From Yuukianura sp. NJ FZ-2021 (Eukaryota): a stretch of 64,000 nucleotides of DNA. Each line of letters opens with the position of its first letter. Position 1 is the first letter of the stretch. The DNA lies in the NCBI GenBank assembly GCA_046563655.1, contig CM102285.1:12028001-12092000 (forward strand), in the 5' to 3' direction. The notes below the pieces were generated by a model. That model ran no database searches and was not told where the DNA came from. It worked only from the letters and a program-made list of their open reading frames with translations. Both the position numbers and the translations under genes were made by a program. Below are positions 1-13,146 of the stretch, one piece after another.

Positions 1-1207
1 AAGACAAAAGAAAGGAAGAAAGGAGGCAAATCAACAACAACGGTCAAAAACCGTTGTTATTGAATTGACATGGACCAAGACGCTCTGGCGCTCTCCTTTT
101 ATGTTTCCGCTCTTTTGCAAATTTTGATTCACATCTTAAGCAATAGATACCACTAAAACTGCCATTTCGAACCATCAACGACGCCAACAATGCAAATAAA
201 CAACAATAAGTTCAACAAACAACAACAAGCAAAACGGTAAACAAACAATCCAACAACATAAACACAACAGTAAACAGAAAATAGTAAACAACCCGCTTTT
301 TGTTTCGTACAATTTCCCGCAAACACGAAAATTGGCGTTTCGTTGCTTAAAAGTCGACCGAAAATTTTCTTTTCGAAAAAGTCGAAAAATTTAAGCAAAA
401 ACTAAAAGGTTGTGGAAACGGAAACGTTGTGGAATTTTGGGAAAAGCAAACTACACTTCAGTAAGAAAAAATTTAGGCTTGAAATTTTTTGCTTTTCATT
501 TCGCTTTACGTTCAGACATTTCGTCAATACTTTTTTTTGACTGCAGCGTTGTGATTTTCATCAACAATAATAGAATTTTGGTGTACAATTTTTGGTAAAA
601 TGAATTGGTTTTAGTGCAATAACTTCATAAAAACTGCAATAAACAAAAGAATATGAAAAAATCTCTGGTTTTTAGCGCAGGGTGAGATGTCGGTCGTTGG
701 TCCTTGGGAAGGCTAAGGACCTTATTGACACCATTTTCTTGATGCGAATTTCATCTTGCAAGTTTTTCTACTGAAATCTTACCTACAGGTTGTATTGCTC
801 CTTGCTGAAGTGTTATAAAGTAGAGGTATTGCGTATTGTTGCAGATTGAATTGCAGTTTGTAGATTGCTTTTCACCTGCCCTCGAGAGATCTTCCATCTT
901 AGCATCTCGTTCTCCGTTAAATCAATTTCATTTCCTTTTAACCCGTTCAGATTGACACTGCTTTGTTGTTGGGCTAAGTGGTGGCTACCTACTCCTCAGG
1001 TCCACCAAAGTTTACCGTTCGAGTCAACAGTAAAACCCGGTGCACAAACAACAACATGCTAAAACCCTGAAAAACAACACAGTAAAAAGCTAAATTGGAA
1101 AAGATCCAATTAGATTTTCAGGAGAAATTGAATTTTGAAGTGTGTTGGTTTAGTCTCCCAAGTTTACACTAAAGTTTTCAATTTCAGATTTTTTTTTGTT
1201 GTCGAAA

Positions 1208-3922
1208 ATGAACCGAGGACCTGCTCCAGAAGTTACCCGGATTGATTTCCGCAAGGAAGGTCACGACTCAATGGACTTTTCAAAGGTAAACATTTTCCCA
1301 GCATATTTTTTGAAATTCAATTAACGACGATTTGTTCATGTCCAACGGTTTCTTAAAAAACTAACAGAAAATTGCGTTGTTTTGAATTTTAACAAGACAG
1401 GCTAATCTGAGTTCTGCAATGTTGCAGAAAGTTGACCTTTCGAAGTGAAATGAAAGTAGAAATTGCATCTCAAACTGGTTTGCCTCATATGAAAAAAGTG
1501 TATTCTACGAAATTGTAAATGGTTTTACAGTAATATACTCTCGCGTCAAGAGATTTAGAAATTTTGTAACAATTTTTTTTTTTTTTTGCAAATTCTGAAA
1601 TGTAATTCGGGCCTTTCATGACTCACTTACGAGTTGACGCTGTGGCTTTCGTTTCATAATTTTATGGTCATAATCATCATAGATCACCTCAACATCAATT
1701 GCTCAACTTATAACGTGTAAAAACTATGCATTTTGAAGTCTGAGCAAAAGTTTTGCTTGATTTCAGCGCGTGTCCCACCTAAGATCAAGCTTCGCTTCCG
1801 GAAAAACGCTGGACATAGACTTTCGATTGCGCCAGTTAAGGGCTCTCCTGCGACTGTACCAAGACAACAATGACAGAATCCTTGAAGCCCTGCACAAAGA
1901 CATGCGCAAGTCAGAACTTGAAGCCTACTTGTACGAAGTGAGCATGATGAAAACGGATTGTCAAAATGCAATTCGATTTCTAAAGACTTGGACGAGGACA
2001 AAGAAGCTCAAGAGGAATTGGCTTGTCTTGGCTGACAAAGCCTTCATTGAAAAAGTTCCCTACGGGGTTGTAAGGCCCAAAAATAGTTATTAATTGTTAA
2101 TTAACAATTGAAATTTAGCTGAAGTGTTGATTTTAATCTAGGTTCTTGTGATTGGTACTTGGAACTATCCGTTTCAACTGTCGCTTGTGCCAATGTGCGG
2201 AGCAATTGCGGCTGGGAATTGCGTAATTGTCAAACCCAGTGAAATTTCGGCCCATTCAGCATCTCTTATTGCTGAACTTATTCCAAAGTACTTGGATCCC
2301 GAATGCTACCAAGTTGTGTTAGGTCAGAGGTCAACAAAACAGCAAAAGCTGATTTGTTTTTCTCAAAATTTAACAAAATTTTGGTTTTAGGTGGGCCATC
2401 CGAAACGGAAAAACTTCTGGAAGAGAGATTCGATTACATTTTTTATACTGGATCGCAGAATATCGGAATGAAAATTCATGCTGCTGCGACAAAGTTTTTG
2501 ACGCCTATAACTTTGGAACTTGGTGGGAAAAGGTATCCTGGACAATTTAACCTAACTGTAAACTAGCATTAACCTAACATTATTGTTTTGAATAGCCCAG
2601 TATATGTTGATGATACTGTCAACTATGCTATGACAGCCAGGAGAATAGTTTGGGGAAAGTGTATGAACATGGGCCAAACTTGTGTCGCACCAGACTACAT
2701 TCTATGTTCTAAAAACGTAGAGAATGAATTAATCAAAGAAATTAAGAATGCCATGATGGAGTGGTATGGAAGTGACTGGAAGAAGTCTACGGACTTGTCC
2801 AGAATTGGACATCAGCGACATTTCGAAAGGCTGCGGCGATTCCTCGAAGTGGGAAGAATTGCAATGGGTGGAGCTGTTGACGAATCTGAACTCTGGATAG
2901 AACCCACAGTACTTGGTAACTCTAATTAAAGTTTTGAACTCAAATCTGCAAAATTCGAAAATGTAGAATTTGATTTAATTGTCACATAGTTAGGGTTGAA
3001 TTTTAACTTTTACTCTACTCTAACCTATTTTAGTTGATGTCCAACCTACTGATCCGATAATGCAAGAAGAAGTGTTTGGTCCAATTCTTCCGTTTTTGAC
3101 AGTCAACTCACCTGAAGATGCTATCAGATTTATCAACGCAAGGTGACAACTCGAATTGGCAAAGTTGCAAAAAAAAAAAAGATTCAAATTTTTGGTTCAT
3201 CCAAATCTTTTAAATTCCAAAATTTTAATCCAGGCCATCTCCGCTTTGTCTCTACGTATTTTCGGAAATTGAAGAAATTCAGAATAGAATGAGAGCAATG
3301 ACCCAGTCCGGAACGGCTGTAATTAACGATACAATTATCCAATTCGCAAGTGAGTTGAAATCAAACTTAATGCTAAACTTTACATTGAATTTAGATTAGT
3401 TTAGGCATAGAATCTAATCTTAACTGAAGAAATTTTGGTTGTATTTTATATTTGTCTTTTTAGTCGACGAGTTACCATTTGGTGGAATTGGAAGTTAGTG
3501 AAAACACAAAAAAGTTGAAGTAGATAATTGAAAATATAAATTATAATGTAAATCAATTGTTATAGATTCTGGTATGGGACGGTATCATGGTGAATTTTCC
3601 TTTGAGACTTTCACTCACGAGAAAGGAGTTGTGGTAAGAGACTTCAGTCTGATTGCAGACAAAGTCGGAGCCTTTCGGTATCCACCATATTCGAAACGGA
3701 AAATCAACTTTCTCAGTTTCATGATAAGGTAAACTTTTCAAAAATTGATTTTAGTTTTTCAAAATAACTAAAATGTTCTAAAAAAACACAATTTTTTTTC
3801 TTCCTTTCCCCACCAGTCACTGGAAGAAATTCAAGATCGATTACGACGACTATCTCATTTACTTTCTCTGCTTTCTCCTGGGAATTGGCTGTGTACTTTT
3901 GATTCAATTCATTCAAAATTAA
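1208..3922 (+). CDS. ALDH3: Class 3 (fatty) aldehyde dehydrogenase, multi-exon, with C-terminal membrane anchor
   Basis: Spliced exons give [30 protein letters not shown], catalytic [19 protein letters not shown] and [16 protein letters not shown]. Ends in a hydrophobic tail [20 protein letters not shown] then TAA at 3920-3922. The first exon (1208-1285) is in phase but less certain. Confidence 0.93.
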
Positions 3923-3968
3923 GTTTAGCAATTAGAAAAAGTTTAAACTTTTATAACTAAAAGTAATT

Positions 3969-4349
3969 CTACAGCGACACGCCTCTGTTACGTCTGGCCT
4001 CCTCGTTTGCAGCGTCATATTTGTCTCGCTGCTCTTTAGTTAATTTCGCGATAGTAAGTAGTTCGTCCCTCCGCTGCTGCGCTGGAAGTTGGAAATTCGC
4101 AAATTGTGGATCTTGGCTGAGTTCTTCTAAACGTTTTAAGAGTTTTCTGTGTTTAGTGTCAAAGCTGTAAACAATCCATAAAATGTTTATTTTATTTCGA
4201 GCATTCCTTTTATTCTTTTCCATATGATTGAGTACTTACAAGAAAACTAAGGCACCAAATAGAATTGCTCCCGCTGTGATACCCAGTGTTACACGATTCC
4301 GCAGTTTCTCAAAATTGCTACCCTTTATGTTCTCCGAGTACCAAGTCAT
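3969..4349 (-). CDS. Small (~100 aa) single-pass membrane protein, unknown family
   Basis: Two exons joined by an in-phase GTAAGT...TTTACAG intron: MTWYSENIKGSNFEKLRNRVTLGITAGAILFGALVFFFDTKHRKLLKRLEE...RRNRGVSL*. Confidence 0.7.
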
Positions 4350-4911
4350 CGTTGTCGTTCTTTACTTCTTATGTGGCTCTAGTGGATAATTTATTTACTT
4401 TGTCAAAGCTTGATTACAATTTAAGTTTAAAAAAGCTAATTCGTAACTAAATTTGTAAACTCACGCCGAGGAAAGTTAGTCGTTTCTTCAATCACATTCA
4501 CAACACAGAACAACAATCAAGAATCAAATTTATTTTAACAATGTCTAAACAAAAATTTTCGAAAATCCTATTTTTTCTTCAAATTTTTTGAAAAATCAGC
4601 TGTGGTTGGACTAAATATGAATTTCGCGGGTTCCTGCCCGGCCCCTTTTCTCGCATTGGCGTCGTTTTGCTTATGAAGATGAAACTAATAAGAACAGGAA
4701 ATTATACGAATCTATAAATCAATGTTTTAAATTAATGAATAATAATACCATAATTAATTGAATTGTCGATTGATTCTTTTTAATAAAATTTTCGCTGGTA
4801 AGGTAACCTGTTTATTTCGCCATTTCAGTCTTTGAGATAACTAGATTAGATGACTAAAATTTCAGCAACTGAAGACTTTTGAATAGGAATGCAAATCGTC
4901 TTGGAAAATTT

Positions 4912-5312
4912 TCATGCTTCCAGTAGTTCATCTCGAGAAAGTATTTTGTCTATTCCACGTTTTTTGAACGTACTGTTTTCAGAAATTCGACAACACCGGA
5001 ATTGCCAACCTCCCGGACATGGACTTGCATTGCCACAAAGAATTGTTCCAGTTGAGCATCCGGAAGCGGAAGAGACCCAGTCCGTCGGTACACATCCAGT
5101 CCAAGTACAATGACCTCCTTCAATCAATCGACTACAGACATTGGACTCCCACCGATCTAAGCCAGGAATTCAAAATTTTAGAAAACTTACACAATTTGTT
5201 TTTCAAATCTGATTTATAAAGTACCTAGGGAAGATGATTCCGTTTGAACAACTTGGCAAATTAAGGCAGCCACTAATGCAAAAACTAACTGGAAAGAACT
5301 CGTGAAATACAT
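4912..5312 (-). CDS. Secreted cysteine-rich peptide precursor (~110 aa)
   Basis: Signal-peptide exon MYFTSSFQLVFALVAALICQVVQTESSSL splices in phase 1 to DRWESNVCSRLIEGGHCTWTGCVPTDWVSSASGCSTGTILCGNASPCPGGWQFRCCRISENSTFKKRG...*. Confidence 0.75.
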
Positions 5313-7090
5313 AATGGCTGCCGAGTCTTTGCTTAAAACTAAACTTAAAACGCCGTTGAGTGCTGAGACGGTGAAAGTAAAGTGAAAGTACTGGAACCAT
5401 TTCCATTTTATACCAAATTCTTTCATCAAAATGTCACAGGTCGGTTCAATTAATTTGTTGTTTAGATTGATCATGTTTCATTTCAATCTCATACAGATCA
5501 GACTTTCACACCTCCGACAATCCGACATCCAAGACAACCCTGTCGCTAACCTAAGAGTTACATATAAAATACGAAACAAATGTGAATGTGAGGCATAATT
5601 GAAAATTCGGACTAAAATGTTTGTACTTTCTCCTTTTCATCAAGCTGTGAAACTTCAACCGCTCTTTCTTAATTACTTAAACGCCTATTCGAGTCAGTGA
5701 ACCTTAAGTTTGGCTTATTTTCACAACTAAAGACGTTTATTCTAGCTTGTATCCGGCAATCGTTCAAGCAAAATGAAGATGCATTTACTTTCTTTGACAC
5801 GAACCACGACGAGTCCTTTGGCATTTACGCAGTTCAATGACAACGGAAGGAGTTGAAGGATGACCATAGGAAATTCGCTTCGGATTTTAAAATTTGAGTT
5901 TAAAATTTAACCAAAAGTAGCCTTCAACTTTCTTTTAGAAAACAACTAAAATTATTCTGAAAATCCCTTGGTTGAAACTTGACAAAGACCATGAAACGCC
6001 TATTTTTACTTTTAGTTTTGACATAGTTTGTAAGGGTCCTTGGGCCTGAATCCTTGTTCCTCAATTGAAAACGAAAACAAAAGTTGCTTGGCACTTCTCA
6101 CGTATACCTCGAATGACGACTTTTGTGAAGTGGACTTTGTACCACAACGGATATGCATTGCTAAATTTCAAATACTTTTAAGCACAAGCTACGTGAGTTA
6201 TGCCTAGTATAAAAAGAAGTTAATCATGAAACAAATCAAAGTGACACAACGATTTCTTACAGATCTTATATAATCTTAATCTACGTGTTGAATGAATTAG
6301 GTTTTGAAGACGAGGACGACAATAGGTGTCACAGACGTTAGAATTAGAGTGACGTCAAGTGGTCTTCCCATGTCCTCTTAACCATTTTACACCAAATACA
6401 ATTAGTAATTACCAATTCACCTTCCCGTGAATTTCCTACGCCCAAGAGGAACTTACTAGAATTCATCCCCAATCTCTGAAAATGTTGTAACGTCAATACG
6501 TGCGAAAACGACTCATCAGTGGGATATAACGCCAAAGGATTGTTGGGGAGGCTGAAGGTTATTTTTTCAACCTTAAGAAACAAATACTTCCCCAAAGCAA
6601 AGAGACAATTGAGCAGTCTTCTTTTGTACTTGAGTCCACAAGGAACTTATAAGCTAAAGGAATTCAGTGAACCACAGCGGTTCTACCAGTTTAGACTTTA
6701 AACGTTGTAAATTTAACACGAGGTTTACCAATCTACATTTAGTTACAAAAGTTAACTCGCTGGAGGAGCTTCTAGGATTTGGAAAAATTCATTGACGGCT
6801 GGAATTTTCTGCCTTGAGATCAAGCTTTCAACTGATTTGCAGTTGCAGTCAACAGTTTAAAAGTAATTATTTTATAATTGCAAGCCACAAGGCTCTCAGA
6901 ATTTTGAAAAACAATTACAGCTTTGTTCTTTAAAAGAAAATTGCAAGTGCAAAGACGTTACGGTTCGCTACTCTTGCAATTTCTTCGTCATTATACAAAA
7001 TTCCGAGTTTTGGAGACTTTGCCAAACGAAATTTACTCCTAAAAATAAGGTCTTGATTTAAAACTGATTTCTTTTTTTTTTAGATTAGAA

Positions 7091-7312
7091 ATGGAGTGGG
7101 CATTTTTGTCTGAAACGACTGAAGGAGTAGTTGGCCTAATCGGTTTCATTGGATGGTTGATGATCCTGACACTGGCGTGCATGTGGCTGTCTTGCTTTTA
7201 TATCCTCTACAGTTGGAGAGGAAGCCACCAAATTCTACCGGAAGCCAATAAACTCAACAATAACTTCATTTTGGCCAATTCTGGAACACCTTCGTCATTC
7301 AGCTTGCGCTGA
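7091..7312 (+). CDS. Candidate 73-aa single-TM micropeptide
   Basis: ATG lies 7 nt after a strong poly-T/TAG splice acceptor; one long hydrophobic stretch VVGLIGFIGWLMILTLACMWLSCFYILYSW. Confidence 0.5.
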   Translation: MEWAFLSETTEGVVGLIGFIGWLMILTLACMWLSCFYILYSWRGSHQILPEANKLNNNFILANSGTPSSFSLR

Positions 7313-8072
7313 AATCCTAGGTAGCTAAATAGTTGAAGCTAAACCCATTAGTACTTTCATTTTTTAAAACAATCTTACTTCTCACCTGGAATTATGCTAT
7401 TGTATTTAATTTCGAAAATAATTCACTTCTTCTACGCCAGTGAGAAGAAAATTGAGTTTATTTTTAGTGTATTTAGCATGAGAGGAGAAGATAAATAAAA
7501 ATGGGAAATTTTTGAAGAAAATTTAACATCAAATATTGAATTAGAATTTGTAAAGAAAATTTTTCTTCCTGTGAGAACCGGAGCCGGAACTCTTGAACTT
7601 TATACAGAAACTTCCCCAGAGAACACAAAGTGTGTACAAAATGGAAATGATTTGCTTTTTTTATGATATTGCAAACAGAGAGTTTGCAAAAAGAGACTTC
7701 ATAAAACTTTCCATAAAATTGCGACATTTGATTTGACTTCCAATGAAATTGACTTGGTCAATTAGAAACATCGCAATGGTCTTGCATAGTATCCAGATAA
7801 TTTTCTGGACGAATTGGGAAACTGGAATTTTGCTTTTCCGGATTGCCTGAGAAAGTTCCCACGCTCGAGCTAGAGGTCAAAGGAATGTGGCGCTTATTCT
7901 TCACTTACGAGTTACGACACTCTCATTTACCACGTCATTTGGGAAGGCAGATTCGTCAGTTCTCTGATCTCACAAGTTCAAATTCATGCTTTTGTAAAAA
8001 TCTGTTTTCAAATTCTTGTCAATTATGGAAATTACATTTTGGAATTTGAGTGATCTAATCCGGTCGTTGCAG

Positions 8073-11000
8073 CAACGACGAAATGCATTCATCCGTCTCG
8101 TTTTAACATTGTACAACGACGGAATCCAAGGATTAGGTGGGATGTCACGGTGAGGAGGTGGGCCAAGGACGATTGTCCTGAGATTTTGAATCCGAAATTT
8201 TGAAATTTTGGAATTGAAAGTTGACAGAAGTGAGCCTCACTCAGAATTGACCTTTTGACTCCAGATTTTCGTCCTCGAGGTAAGAATGACAAGGTCAACT
8301 CTGAAATCTGGATCTAACTTCAGATTGTTGTCTAAAAGTATCCAGGACTTAGAAATGCCTTCGGCTGCCATCGGTTGGAACAACACAGAATCTGTTCTTC
8401 TACGTGGAGAATACTTGTCTCCTGATGTTGGGGTCAATGAGAACACGATGTCCATTCTGGCCAAACAGGACATTCCTCCGGACACTCTCATTCTCAGTGA
8501 TCCTCCAAAACTGGTTTATTCAACCTTCAGTGTCAATTGCTTCAAAGATTTCACTTACCGGTGCATGAGCATTCGAGATGGCGTGTATCCAAGTAGCTGG
8601 GTTTGCGTTTGTTGCTTGAAGGCAGTCGGCGGAATTATTCCAGGTAAAGGTCAAAGGTCAACTTGAGGTCAACAACGTCATAAGCATTGGCTTCAAAATG
8701 ATTTCTTCTTTCATGCAGTTTGGTGTCCACATTGTGATCTTCCTGTTTGTGCTGAATGTGGATCCAACGGGAAGCATGCACGGATCGACATCCTGTGCGT
8801 CTACGGTCACAAAGTGGTATGTTCAAAAATGAACACAAAAGTTGATCTTGAAAAAGAATTCAACTGAAACTTTATTTTAAAATTGCATGTTTGTTTCTGA
8901 TCCAGGGAGTCCGAGGACGCCGATTTCTAGCTTTGGATGACATTTACTTGGACACTTCCATCACACGGTTTATCTTATGGGAACTTTACTCAGAACCATT
9001 CCGAAAGGTCATTGAGGTCATCTTCCGTGACCCCATCAATCATCGTAAATTTACGAATTTCAATTGGGACCTCTTCAGAACAAAATTCACCAAAAAGCAT
9101 CTTCCGCTAGCACTTTGTGCTGCTCGGAAAGACATTTTACGTATTCGACGTGCCATCTACATTTTGTTCCGTTTTGGAGTCGAAATTCACCAAAAACCAG
9201 GGTTTGCTGCTAATTTATACCCAAAAGGCAGAAAACTATTCAAAATTGCACTTTTAATTCATTCGTACGCTTGAATTTAGCATGGGATTTTTCCATCCTG
9301 TATTCACCATGCTCAAACCTTCGTGTTGTCCCAACGTTGAAATGGTCTTGATTGAGCAACCGGTCATGATTGAAATTCGGACTACACGGAGAATCCGTTG
9401 TGGAGAAAAACTGTCCATGGATTTCCTGCAACTTCCGCTTCTTCCTACAGTGTATCGTCAAAGATTGTTCTACTCAAGGTGGAACTGTACTTGCGTCTGC
9501 GCAAGATGTTTGGATCCAACGGAATTCGGAACGTACATGGGATCCATTAAGTGTCAAAAGTGTTCCAGGGGCTTGCTGACACCACGGTTGAATGCTAACC
9601 TCAACTACGGGCCGTTCTACTACGACGCTTCGGACATCATTTGCTTTTGCGTCAGCCCTGGAAATCCAAATCATAAATGTACAAATATGGTGGGATCCAA
9701 ATACATAAAAAATTCAAATGCTTATCAAAGTTAACAAAAAAAATACAATTTCTGTTTTTAGTGTCCGCTCAACTTTGTCCTGGAACTGGATCGTGCAGCA
9801 AAAATTGACGCGTCAAGAATACTTGCTAAGATTTACTCCAAACCGCGTTTGCCAGAACTAGTCGCTACTAAACTCGAGGTGACTCGGCCACTAAAATTTT
9901 GAAACAAAACAAGTTGACCTTGATATTTTTTGTTTTAGAATTTGAAACGCTACTTGATCACTTGCTATTCAATGCACCGCCAATACTACATGATTCCCTT
10001 GGTCGGCGGAACCGGCGACATCGAAATAACTAAAATACTAAAGCTTGAGCTGGATGGGGCCTCTGCCGTGTACAAAGATCTGTTCAAGCTCAATTTCTAC
10101 ACGACTGAAGCTATTCACAAGAACTTAAAAAGTTTGAATGCTTGGAGTCAAACGATATCCAACTTCTCCAGACATATCGGTTTCAACGCACTTTTTTGCA
10201 AAGTACTTTCAGAAATATTGCATAATCAACGTTATTTACGAATTGCAGATCAATTGATCCTTCTACGGCAAAGTCAGCTTGGAACGACATTGTTCCATAA
10301 CATGCAATTGAAGAACTTGGAGCCGAAGTTTACAAAATGCTGGATGGACATACTAGAAGACATTTCGGACTCCGAGATGTCAGAGGTGATAGAAGAACCG
10401 ACGTGTTGGATTTCTGAAGTCGGGGTAGATACTGATTCTGAAGAAATGAGCATCCAAGACGTATCAAGCGACAGTTTCGTGTCGGAATTGAGTACACTAG
10501 ATGACGAAGTAGGCTATGAGGATGAATCTGCTAACAAATGCACAGACGTAGTGACCTTCATTCCCCAACAGCATTCTTTCGTGAGATGTTATTTCAAAAT
10601 TACATTTTGAAAAATTCATCTCTTTTGGGATGTTTGTCATTTCGAACAGGTTATGCTTCGGCAGCAAGAAATGGACAATCACGCGCATGCTCCAGCTAAC
10701 TCCGGTCATTCTAGAGAATCCAGTGTGCAACAATCCTATCAATCAGTCTCTGCAGCTACAAATTCCTTCTTATGTGATTACACACCCAGCGGAAGTGGTC
10801 GACGGAGACCGAATTTGCTGAAGGAAGCGCTTCTGCGTCAGGAAGCTGGTAGTAAGGGCTTCGCTAGAACCGAAAACGCAGAAAGCGACGGAATTTGCAT
10901 AGTCGGTAAGCCGGAAGATTTTGACGGAACTAAAGGTGACGCAGTAGAGACATCAGGAATGCCGAAGGCTAGATGCATCCCTGTACTTGAGCACTCCGCA

Positions 11001-11637
11001 CGACGAATTCAGGTTATTCCGCCAGCATGCTTTGGGAGGAGACGTTTTCGACAAAATTCCCTGAGACACAACGGTGTGGACTTCCCTTATATCGGAACTA
11101 TCACTCCGGTACACCTAAATCCAAAACAAAATTGCCACGATTCTCACTTGAAACTTCAATTTGTACTTTGTTATTTCTTTTCTCCAGAATATGATTGTTC
11201 GAAAGCCAGAGTTTCCAAAACCTCGTCAACTCATCGACTGTAGTTCCTACGTCAAGTCAATCCAGAATGCTGAAAGTGCTGCTGATGCTGCCGACGCTGA
11301 TCCTGACCATACAGCCGGAGCAGCTCATGCGTATCAAACGTTTTCATTTTCGCAACGTCCTCCACTTTACTCCGGACTGAAGTACTTGACCGGTTCCCCA
11401 CCTCCGTTGGGACTGGCAGCCTCCTCCACTGCTAAAAATATGCAACCAACATGGTGTCAAAACTTTCATAACGTTTCTACTGCTTCTGTTCCAGAAATGT
11501 CGCCTGACCAAGGTCATTTCCAAACATCCAATGCTTCTGATCCCAGTTACACCAATTATGACGACTTCGTCATAGACGAATATCCGCCAATGCCAAGGCC
11601 AGTTGAATCCAAGAGTCAATCGTGCAGATTCCTATAA
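8073..11637 (+). CDS. SET and MYND domain (SmydA/msta-like) protein with degenerate catalytic motifs; 5' end unresolved
   Basis: MYND-like CVCC...CPHCDLPVCAEC; SET C-terminus KPSCCPN...IRTTRRIRCGEKLSMDF; post-SET CTCVCARCLDPTEFGTYMGSIKCQKC typical of arthropod SmydA; long acidic/low-complexity tail. Internal introns are in phase. Confidence 0.8.
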
Positions 11638-11991
11638 ATTCAAAAAAAAAAAGAATTGTAAATTAATTGGAAGCTAAACAAGAGTGTTGTTATCAAACAT
11701 AAACAATCAAAAAACGTCACCAATTCCAAGCTAATTGAGCAAATTAATTCCTGCGGTCATCGTTTAAGAGACGTCATGCTTTCCTTTTGTTGTATTTTTT
11801 ACCTAACTTATAAAATGTTTAGCAAACCTGAACAAAATCGACATGAGTTAAAATGAGAAAGTTTCATGCCAAATGAAAAATTTAATATCTAAATTAGGTG
11901 GAAATGCATACAATACATGGAATGAATTATTTGAAATTTCAACTGGCGTCTAGGATATACTAAAAATTTGAACGCTTTCATTCCAGAGGTA

Positions 11992-12750
11992 TTTGGAATT
12001 TGGAATTATGTTATTTAAAAAGAGTGATTTTCCTACTAAATTTTTAACTTTTTGGAATTTGGAATTATGTTATTTAAAAAGAGTGATTTTCCTACTAAAT
12101 TTTTAACTTTTTGGAATTTGGAATTATGTTATTTAAAAAGAGTGATTTTCCTACTAAATTTTTAACTTTTTGGAATTTGGAATTATGTTATTTAAAAAGA
12201 GTGATTTTCCTACTAAATTTTTAACTTTTTGGAATTTGGAATTATGTTATTTAAAAAGAGTGATTTTCCTACTAAATTTTTAACTTTTTGGAATTTGGAA
12301 TTATGTTATTTAAAAAGAGTGATTTTCCTACTAAATTTTTAACTTTTTGGAATTTGGAATTATGTTATTTAAAAAGAGTGATTTTCCTACTAAATTTTTA
12401 ACTTTTTGGAATTTGGAATTATGTTATTTAAAAAGAGTGATTTTCCTACTAAATTTTTAACTTTTTGGAATTTGGAATTATGTTATTTAAAAAGAGTGAT
12501 TTTCCTACTAAATTTTTAACTTTTTGGAATTTGGAATTATGTTATTTAAAAAGAGTGATTTTCCTACTAAATTTTTAACTTTTTGGAATTTGGAATTATG
12601 TTATTTAAAAAGAGTGATTTTCCTACTAAATTTTTAACTTTTTGGAATTTGGAATTATGTTATTTAAAAAGAGTGATTTTCCTACTAAATTTTTAACTTT
12701 TTAGAATTTGGAATTATGTTATTTAAAAAGAGTGATTTTCCTACTAAATT
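11992..12750. repeat. Tandem array of a 59-bp AT-rich unit, ~13 copies
   Basis: Unit TTTGGAATTTGGAATTATGTTATTTAAAAAGAGTGATTTTCCTACTAAATTTTTAACTT shifts by one base per 60-nt line; only one substitution seen (~12703). Confidence 0.97.
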
Positions 12751-13146
12751 CCGAAATTCCACAATTTAATTAGATATTAATTAAGAATCGTATTTTCGTA
12801 TTGTATAATCTAATTTATTTTATTTCCAAATTTTAATTTCGAAAGCCAATATTACTTCCTAAAAGCATTTATAAAATAAGATGATTCACATTTTCACTTG
12901 AACATATCCTAAGCGTGTTTGGATTTGATTTTCATAAATTTAGTTAGCTAGTGTTCCGTTATTCATAATTCCTACAAAAAAATAAGTTTTTCCTAAAATT
13001 CCAAACTAATTGACTAATACTTCTGCACAAGCCTCTTGAGAGCACAATTTCTATTAATTTTTTAACATTTGAGTTATGTGTGGGAATCGTAAATCAAATT
13101 GAAGACTAGATAATTTTTAAATTGACGACTATTAAATATTCTGCCA

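Noticed and set aside
153..398. Hydrophobic 81-aa ORF
   Set aside because: Arises from an AAC-rich low-complexity tract; non-ATG start
3490..3500. Apparent in-frame stop in ALDH3 after GGIG
   Set aside because: It is the GTTAGT intron donor; splicing restores [13 protein letters not shown]
9228..9280. Possible GC donor in the SMYD gene
   Set aside because: Wrong phase; an upstream GT donor (~9203) gives the correct frame
11992..12750. CRISPR-like regular repeat
   Set aside because: Units are contiguous and identical with no unique spacers; eukaryotic context and no cas genes
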